The notes below the pieces were generated by a model. It searched no databases. It worked only from the letters and a program-made list of their open reading frames with translations, and was not told the DNA's origin. From assembly GCF_003018235.1 (NCBI RefSeq), contig NZ_CP027437.1: a DNA stretch of 64,000 bases. One strand, 5' to 3'. The stretch is from Escherichia coli. GTDB lineage: Bacteria > Pseudomonadota > Gammaproteobacteria > Enterobacterales > Enterobacteriaceae. A program made the position numbers and the translations under genes. Each line of letters starts with the position of its first letter. The first letter of the stretch is position 1. Shown here piece by piece: positions 57,603 to 64,000 of this stretch.

Positions 57603-57649
57603 TTTTCGTGTCTGAAACTGTTATTTCCGGTGGTATCCGGTGGGCGATT

Positions 57650-57726
57650 TGGTCGGCACGAGAGGATTTGAACCTCCGACCCCCGACACCCCATGACGGT
57701 GCGCTACCAGGCTGCGCTACGTGCCG
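57650..57726 (-). tRNA. proL: tRNA-Pro (anticodon GGG)
   Basis: The minus strand reads CGGCACGTAGCGCAGCCTGGTAGCGCACCGTCATGGGGTGTCGGGGGTCGGAGGTTCAAATCCTCTCGTGCCGACCA. This gives a 7-bp acceptor stem, D arm, anticodon loop AUGGGGU, TPsiC arm GGAGG/CCTCT and an encoded CCA. Confidence 0.95.
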
Positions 57727-57800
57727 ACTCGTGGCTGCTAATACTACCGTTTTCCACACCGATTGCAAGTAAGATATTTTGCTAACTGATTTATAATTAA

Positions 57801-59561
57801 TCAGTTAGCGATAAAACGCTTCTCGTCTGTCAGTACTTGCAATAACAAACTTAACTGTGGTTTTTCATCTTTCACTCTTTCACCACGTAAGTTGTAAGTA
57901 CGGTATTTACCGTTATTGTTCAGCACCAGCGTCTTTTTCGGGGTGGTAATTGCCAGCGTATCGTTATCCGCGGCGGTAACCCAGTAATGACGGCGTTGAG
58001 GGTTGAACAAATCCTGACCTTGCGAATATTCGCTGGCAGGTGTGCTGACATGTAGCAGGCGTTGCATCAGCGTCGTCATCAGATCGGTATGATCAGTCAG
58101 AGCATTAATACGCTGCGCCGGCGTACCTGGCCAGTGAATCACTAATGGTACCTGCAGATGACCGTGGGACCAGTCAAAGGTTTCTTCCTCTTCGCTCAGC
58201 GGAATACCCCGACCGGCAGTGATAATCACCACCGTATTGTCCAGTTTGCCAGAATCACGCAGTGCATTGAGCACGCGGTTGATTTGGTCATCGACATTGC
58301 CTGCCGCCCGGCTATATTTCCGTGCAAATGCCTGCTGATTGCTGTCGTCAATGTTAGTGCCATTGAAAGAGATCCACGAGAACCAGCGGTTATCTTCTTG
58401 TGCGTAGCGGCCCAGCCAGTTGATCCACTGCGTGGCGGTCTGCTCGTCGGATTGGGTGCGTACGCTCGGCATCGAGAAATCTGACAACAATGCCTGGCGA
58501 TACAGCGGGCTGGTAAAGCCATCTGATGAGAATAACCCCAGCTGATAGCCTTGCTGATTAAGCGCAGTAATTAATGCCGCAGGCGTACGGGTCGACAGAA
58601 TACCGTCCATATAGCTCGGCGAGATGCCATAGAACAGGCCAAAGATGCCGTTGTCTGTAGTGTTGCCGGAGCTCATATGGCGCGTGAACGAAATATTTTG
58701 CTCAGCAAAACCTGCCAGCGCAGGCATCTGCTTCTCGAAGCGTGAGTAGTTCAGGCCATCGACAGTAATCAACAGCACATTCTGCCCGGTGCCCATATCG
58801 CGATAGCGCAGTTCGCTTAACGGATACTGAACGGAAACGGCGTCTGGATTACCTTGCTCAATGAGACGGCGTTGATACTCCTGCGCATCAAGCAGACCAT
58901 GCTTCTCAAGAAAACGTCGCGCCGTCATCGGGTACGAAAGCGGTAGGTTAGCGCGCTGCATGGTGATCGGGCGATAGAAGTTGGCATCGGCCCAGATATA
59001 CACCACATGCGAGGCGATAAAGGCGATAAATAAGAATGCGGCCAGCGGGCGCGCGAAGCGTCGACGACGCGTCAGGCTTCGCAGCTTTTGCCAGCTCCAC
59101 GTCGCAAACACCAGTTCAAGCAATAAAATAACCGGCACGCTGATGAACATCAGCTGCCAGTCGCGCGCCATCTCATTTTCGTCTGGGTTGATAACCAGTT
59201 GCCAGACGATGGGATTAAGATGGAGATGGAAACGAGTAAAGACTTCGCTATCGATCAGTAATAGCGTCATTCCCGCCGTTGCCAGAATGACGGACAAAAA
59301 CCTCATCAGCCTCTGGGAGCCGACGATAAAGGTCAGCGGGAAGAGGATCAGCAAGTAGGTGGCGAACACCAGGAAGCTGAAATGGCCGATAATGCTTACG
59401 TAGGAATAAATGCGACCAGCAAGCGTTGTCGGCCAGTCGGCGATAAACAGGTAACGGCTGCCAATGACGAGCGAAAGCAGAATATTGAACAGTGCAAACC
59501 AGTGCCCCCAACTGACCATCTGGGAGACTTTTTCACGGTAGCGCTGACGATGAGTTACCAT
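57801..59561 (-). CDS. yejM: Inner membrane protein YejM (PbgA/LapC), sulfatase-like periplasmic domain
   Basis: 586 aa with 5 N-terminal TM segments and an alkaline-phosphatase-superfamily domain. Confidence 0.9.
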   Translation of the reverse strand: MVTHRQRYREKVSQMVSWGHWFALFNILLSLVIGSRYLFIADWPTTLAGRIYSYVSIIGHFSFLVFATYLLILFPLTFIVGSQRLMRFLSVILATAGMTLLLIDSEVFTRFHLHLNPIVWQLVINPDENEMARDWQLMFISVPVILLLELVFATWSWQKLRSLTRRRRFARPLAAFLFIAFIASHVVYIWADANFYRPITMQRANLPLSYPMTARRFLEKHGLLDAQEYQRRLIEQGNPDAVSVQYPLSELRYRDMGTGQNVLLITVDGLNYSRFEKQMPALAGFAEQNISFTRHMSSGNTTDNGIFGLFYGISPSYMDGILSTRTPAALITALNQQGYQLGLFSSDGFTSPLYRQALLSDFSMPSVRTQSDEQTATQWINWLGRYAQEDNRWFSWISFNGTNIDDSNQQAFARKYSRAAGNVDDQINRVLNALRDSGKLDNTVVIITAGRGIPLSEEEETFDWSHGHLQVPLVIHWPGTPAQRINALTDHTDLMTTLMQRLLHVSTPASEYSQGQDLFNPQRRHYWVTAADNDTLAITTPKKTLVLNNNGKYRTYNLRGERVKDEKPQLSLLLQVLTDEKRFIAN

Positions 59562-59580
59562 AACCTGTTATCTGTTTCCC

Positions 59581-59808
59581 TTAGTGCGCTTTGTCTTCGT
59601 TGATAGAGGACTGTAAGGCGCGGGCAAAAGAGTTGGCAATTGCCTGGCGTTGGGCCGGGGCAATGCTGGTGTTGATAAGGTTAGTGACCATGTTGCCTAA
59701 CACCATCAGGGAAAGGTCGGTCGGAGCCTTATGTTTTTCCAGTACGTTGAGCAGCTCTGCGAGCAATTGTTCAACCTGTTCATCACTGTAGCGGGAAATT
59801 TGTGGCAT
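59581..59808 (-). CDS. yejL: UPF0352 protein YejL
   Basis: 75 aa, starting [29 protein letters not shown]. Confidence 0.85.
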
Positions 59809-59989
59809 AAATCGAAATCAGTTAGTTGATGAAAGGGCAACATATTACCGTAGCAACGGTTTTTTTTCTGCTTTTTTATGCGTTAAATCATTCTCGTTAC
59901 GCTGCCTTCTGTAAAATGACCGCCATCTTTTATTGCGTCGCTTAACCGGCGGTGGTTGAATACCGCCCGGTCTTAAAGGAGAGTTTATC

Positions 59990-60997
59990 ATGAGTCTGGA
60001 TGTCAACCAGATTGCTCTGCACCAGCTTATCAAGCGTGATGAGCAGAACCTTGAGCTGGTGTTGCGCGATTCATTGCTGGAACCGACGGAAACCGTCGTT
60101 GAGATGGTGGCAGAACTGCATCGGGTCTATAGCGCCAAAAATAAAGCTTACGGCTTGTTTAGCGAAGAGAGTGAACTGGCGCAGACGCTGCGCTTACAGC
60201 GTCAGGGCGAAGAGGACTTTCTGGCATTTAGCCGCGCGGCAACCGGTCGCCTGCGTGACGAATTAGCGAAATATCCTTTTGCTGACGGTGGATTCGTGCT
60301 GTTTTGCCACTATCGCTATCTGGCGGTGGAGTATCTGCTGGTGGCAGTTCTGAGTAACCTGAGCAGTATGCGTGTTAACGAAAATCTCGACATCAACCCA
60401 ACTCATTATCTTGATATCAATCATGCGGATATTGTTGCGCGTATCGATTTAACCGAGTGGGAAACCAATCCAGAGTCGACCCGCTATCTCACTTTCCTGA
60501 AAGGGCGAGTAGGGCGCAAAGTGGCGGATTTCTTTATGGATTTCCTCGGTGCCAGCGAAGGGTTAAACGCGAAAGCGCAAAACCGTGGGCTGTTGCAAGC
60601 GGTCGATGATTTCACTGCCGAAGCACAACTGGATAAAGCAGAGCGACAGAACGTGCGCCAGCAGGTTTATAGCTACTGTAATGAGCAGCTACAGGCAGGT
60701 GAAGAGATTGAACTGGAATCGCTGTCGAAAGAGCTGGCAGGCGTCAGCGAAGTGAGCTTCACGGAGTTTGCGGCTGAAAAAGGCTACGAACTGGAAGAGA
60801 GCTTCCCGGCAGACCGTAGCACACTGCGTCAGTTGACGAAGTTTGCCGGTAGCGGCGGTGGCTTGACTATTAACTTTGATGCGATGCTGTTAGGTGAACG
60901 CATCTTCTGGGATCCAGCCACCGATACCCTGACCATTAAAGGCACGCCGCCGAATTTGCGCGATCAATTGCAGCGCCGGACGTCTGGCGGCAATTAA
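59990..60997 (+). CDS. yejK: Nucleoid-associated protein YejK (NdpA)
   Basis: 335 aa, starting [19 protein letters not shown]. Confidence 0.9.
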   Translation: MSLDVNQIALHQLIKRDEQNLELVLRDSLLEPTETVVEMVAELHRVYSAKNKAYGLFSEESELAQTLRLQRQGEEDFLAFSRAATGRLRDELAKYPFADGGFVLFCHYRYLAVEYLLVAVLSNLSSMRVNENLDINPTHYLDINHADIVARIDLTEWETNPESTRYLTFLKGRVGRKVADFFMDFLGASEGLNAKAQNRGLLQAVDDFTAEAQLDKAERQNVRQQVYSYCNEQLQAGEEIELESLSKELAGVSEVSFTEFAAEKGYELEESFPADRSTLRQLTKFAGSGGGLTINFDAMLLGERIFWDPATDTLTIKGTPPNLRDQLQRRTSGGN

Positions 60998-61013
60998 TCG
61001 GTTTTGTGTTCTG

Positions 61014-61050
61014 AATGCCAGATGCGGCGTGAACGCCTTATCTGGCCTGC
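61014..61050. repeat. REP element
   Basis: GCCAGATGCGGCGTGAACGCCTTATCTGGCCTGC, the typical REP consensus. Confidence 0.7.
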
Positions 61051-61091
61051 AAAAAATAGCAATACCGTAATCAGGCATATTCTGCAGATAC

Positions 61092-61119
61092 AAAAAACCC
61101 CGCCGGAGCGGGGTTTTTT
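61092..61119. terminator. Bidirectional rho-independent terminator (rplY / yejK)
   Basis: AAAAAACCCCGCC-GGAG-CGGGGTTTTTT. Confidence 0.8.
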
Positions 61120-61135
61120 ACAACTTATTCAGCAA

Positions 61136-61528
<393 letters not shown>

Positions 61529-61544
61529 TCAATCAAAACTACCA

Positions 61545-63305
61545 TTAACCGCGTAATTCGTGCGCCCGACGAAAACGACCTTCGTAATCGAACACTTTTT
61601 CACGCACTTGCCAGTACTGACCTTTCATGCGGGCGACGACAAAATCCGGGTGTCGCAGTAATGCTTGCTGGGCGAGGATATCGGCGGCGGTGATCCAGCG
61701 CAGAGGGATGCCCGGTGTGCGCGTATGCGGACGGATAAAAAGTTGTTCGAAGGCGGTACGCTGGGCGGGCGTTTGTAGACGGAAACGCTCACTCACATCC
61801 GCGCCGTCTTCATCGTAATAGGTGATTTTCAACCATTCGCCTTTCTCGTCGTGCCCATGCTGCAAAGACATGCCGCTACAGCGTAATACCAGCGCGTCTT
61901 TCAGTCGTAGCGCCGCTTTTAACATATCATCCGGATCAACCAGTACGGTGTCACATTCGCGGCAGCGGCGGGCGGCAATATCATTTTCTGCGTTACATTG
62001 CGGGCAATTTTTAAAACGGAAACGGAAGTCACACTGTTCTCGATGACCGTCGTCATCTTCAAACCATCCCTGACAGCGACGACCAAAGTGTTCAATCAAT
62101 GTCCCGTCAGCGGTCGTTTTCCCCCAAAAGGTGTTGGCAAAACCGCAGGCAGGGCAGAAAACCTGTACCGGGACGTTGTCACTTTTGCCTTTCGGTGTAC
62201 CAACTTCCGGCGCGTAGAGATCGTGAGGATTACCCGCATAATCAAGAATTAAGCAATCAGTCTTGCCAGGAGCGAGACGCAGACCGCGCCCGACAATTTG
62301 TTGGTAAAGACTCACCGATTCGGTAGGGCGCAGAATGGCGATAAGATCGACGTGCGGGGCGTCAAATCCGGTGGTCAGTACCGCGACGTTGACCAGATAG
62401 CGAAAACGCTGGGCTTTAAAATCTTCAATTAACACATCGCGCTCAGCGCCGGGTGTGTCTCCAGTAATCAGTGCAGCATCTTCGGCAGGCAGCAGTCCCA
62501 CTATCTCCTTGGCGTGTTCAACGGTGGCGGCGAAAATCATCACTCCTTTACGCTTTTCGGCGAACTCCATAATCTGGCTGATGATGTGGGGGGTAATACG
62601 TTGCTGTTTTTTCAGCTCACGGTTGAGATCGGCTTCACTGAACAAACCGTTACTCTGTGCCTGCAAGCGGCTGAAATCGTATTGCACTACTGGCATATCC
62701 AGTCGTTCTGGCGGCGTCAGATAGCCGTGTTTAATCATATAACGCAGCGGCAGCTCATAAATGCAGTCACGGAAAAGGGCTTTCTCATCCCCGCGTACCA
62801 TGCCGTGATAATGGAACTGGTAGATCCAGCCTTTGCCCAGTCGAAAAGGCGTGGCAGTCAGCCCCAGCAGGCGTAAGTGGGGATTCACTTTGGTCAGGTG
62901 AGTGAGGATTTGCTGATACTGGCTCTCTTCATCGTCACCAATACGGTGACATTCATCGACAATCAACAGCGAAAATTCACCCTGAAAGGCATCAAGATTA
63001 CGGGCGACCGACTGCACGCTGCCAAATACCACTTTACCGTGGCTCTCTTTGCGCTTTAGCCCGGCGGCAAAAATATCGGCTTCCAGTCCCAGTGCCTGAT
63101 ATTTTGCATGGTTTTGCGCCACCAGTTCTTTAACATGTGCCAGCACCAGCACGCGACCACGAGCCAGCCGCGCCAGTTCCGCTATCACCAGGCTTTTACC
63201 TGCACCGGTGGGCAGCACGATAACGGCAGGGGTTTTATGACGACGAAAATGGTTGAGCGTGGCATCCACGGCTTCTTGCTGATATGGGCGGAGTGTAAAA
63301 ATCAT
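61545..63305 (-). CDS. radD: Superfamily 2 DNA repair helicase YejH/RadD
   Basis: 586 aa with Walker A PTGAGKS, a DECH box, helicase C motifs and a Cys-rich zinc motif (CPACG...CPQC). Confidence 0.9.
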   Translation of the reverse strand: MIFTLRPYQQEAVDATLNHFRRHKTPAVIVLPTGAGKSLVIAELARLARGRVLVLAHVKELVAQNHAKYQALGLEADIFAAGLKRKESHGKVVFGSVQSVARNLDAFQGEFSLLIVDECHRIGDDEESQYQQILTHLTKVNPHLRLLGLTATPFRLGKGWIYQFHYHGMVRGDEKALFRDCIYELPLRYMIKHGYLTPPERLDMPVVQYDFSRLQAQSNGLFSEADLNRELKKQQRITPHIISQIMEFAEKRKGVMIFAATVEHAKEIVGLLPAEDAALITGDTPGAERDVLIEDFKAQRFRYLVNVAVLTTGFDAPHVDLIAILRPTESVSLYQQIVGRGLRLAPGKTDCLILDYAGNPHDLYAPEVGTPKGKSDNVPVQVFCPACGFANTFWGKTTADGTLIEHFGRRCQGWFEDDDGHREQCDFRFRFKNCPQCNAENDIAARRCRECDTVLVDPDDMLKAALRLKDALVLRCSGMSLQHGHDEKGEWLKITYYDEDGADVSERFRLQTPAQRTAFEQLFIRPHTRTPGIPLRWITAADILAQQALLRHPDFVVARMKGQYWQVREKVFDYEGRFRRAHELRG

Positions 63306-63454
63306 GGTCTCGCGTAGGTAGATTATTCTGCTAATAGTATGCCACGGATCTTTTTCCCTTGAGGGAAGTTATTAGACCGCTATACTGGGCAGACAACAGT
63401 TCAGATTTTCGGGTCATTACCCGACCTCCGTTTTTTACAGGCAAAATCACACAC

Positions 63455-64000
63455 ATGCGACTTGATAAATTTATCGCACAGCAACTCGGCGTTAGCCGTG
63501 CTATTGCCGGGCGTGAAATCCGCGGCAATCGTGTCACCGTCGATGGCGAAATCGTCCGTAATGCAGCGTTCAAACTGCTCCCTGAACATGATGTCGCTTA
63601 CGATGGCAACCCGCTGGCGCAGCAACACGGTCCACGTTACTTCATGCTCAATAAGCCTCAGGGCTATGTTTGCTCCACGGACGACCCTGATCACCCAACG
63701 GTGCTCTATTTTCTGGATGAACCGGTAGCGTGGAAACTGCACGCCGCAGGGCGTCTGGATATCGATACCACCGGTCTGGTGCTGATGACAGATGATGGTC
63801 AGTGGTCGCACCGCATTACTTCTCCGCGCCATCATTGTGAGAAGACCTATCTGGTGACGCTGGAATCACCCGTAGCTGACGATACGGCAGAGCAATTTGC
63901 TAAAGGCGTGCAGCTGCATAACGAAAAAGATCTCACTAAGCCGGCGGTGCTGGAAGTGATTACCCCAACGCAGGTTCGTTTGACCATCAGCGAAGGGCGT
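63455..64000 (+). CDS. rsuA: 16S rRNA pseudouridine(516) synthase RsuA, 3' end outside window
   Basis: The frame is open from the ATG at 63455 to the window end. The sequence is [22 protein letters not shown]... with an S4 domain and the [10 protein letters not shown] catalytic motif. Confidence 0.9.

Larger units (their letters stand above)
47316..57649 (-). mobile_element. ~10.3-kb integrative, phage-satellite-like island inserted at the 3' side of tRNA-Pro (proL)
   Basis: A P4-type integrase abuts the tRNA 3' end. Arm-type repeats (CGTATAAC) occur at both ends, and there is a partial tRNA-3'-like sequence at the far end. The cargo is typical of satellites (AlpA, Icd-like, helicase plus iterons, capsid gene). 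Nearly all genes lie on one strand. The flanks (yejO, proL, yejM) are adjacent in K-12 as I recall. Confidence 0.8.

Noticed and set aside
47316-57649. The island as a canonical P4 satellite or as a decayed complete prophage
   Set aside because: It has a P4-type integrase and an Icd-like gene but lacks psu, delta, sid, the 777-aa alpha primase-helicase and a P2-type cos as I remember it. As a prophage remnant it would be expected to show gene fragments or pseudogenes, yet all ORFs are intact, tightly coupled and co-oriented. I therefore kept it as a distinct satellite-like element, pending searches.
47316-57649. Two independent islands integrated in tandem, as an explanation for the two recombinases
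   Set aside because: I did not see an internal copy of the tRNA-like core (GCACGAGAG context) or of the CGTATAAC arm repeats between the two recombinase genes. The second recombinase sits inside an operon downstream of the origin. This was judged by eye and needs a computed repeat search.

Overview
The window is an Escherichia coli chromosomal segment collinear with the K-12 region yfaA...rsuA (about 49-50 min), in the opposite orientation to MG1655 numbering. Gene names come from my recollection of K-12 proteins and gene order; no search was run. The core genes are, in order: the yfaA-yfaT-yfaS-yfaQ-yfaP alpha-2-macroglobulin operon (yfaS frameshifted), atoSC/atoDAEB, rcsC, rcsB, rcsD, micF, ompC, apbE, ada-alkB, yojI, mqo, eco, napFDAGHBC, ccmABCDEFGH, narP, yejO, then tRNA-Pro (proL), yejM, yejL, yejK, rplY, yejH (radD) and the start of rsuA. 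The only clearly accessory DNA is a 10.3-kb integrative element at about 47.3-57.65 kb, between yejO and proL. It encodes a P4-type integrase next to the tRNA, AlpA, a divergent promoter/operator switch with a small RHH-like protein, an Icd-like protein, and a RepA-like helicase followed by an iteron array. It also encodes a second tyrosine recombinase coupled to a PerC-like regulator, and a single structural gene that fuses a ClpP-like prohead protease to a Mu gpT-like major capsid protein. Two copies of a ~215-bp repeat with a GC-rich, cos-like core bracket that capsid gene. There is no portal, terminase, tail or lysis gene. I read the element as a phage-satellite-like island with a one-gene capsid module, and it is the best candidate for an undescribed system in this window. 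The rest of the window looks like ordinary core genome. I saw no CRISPR array, IS element or recognisable named defence system.
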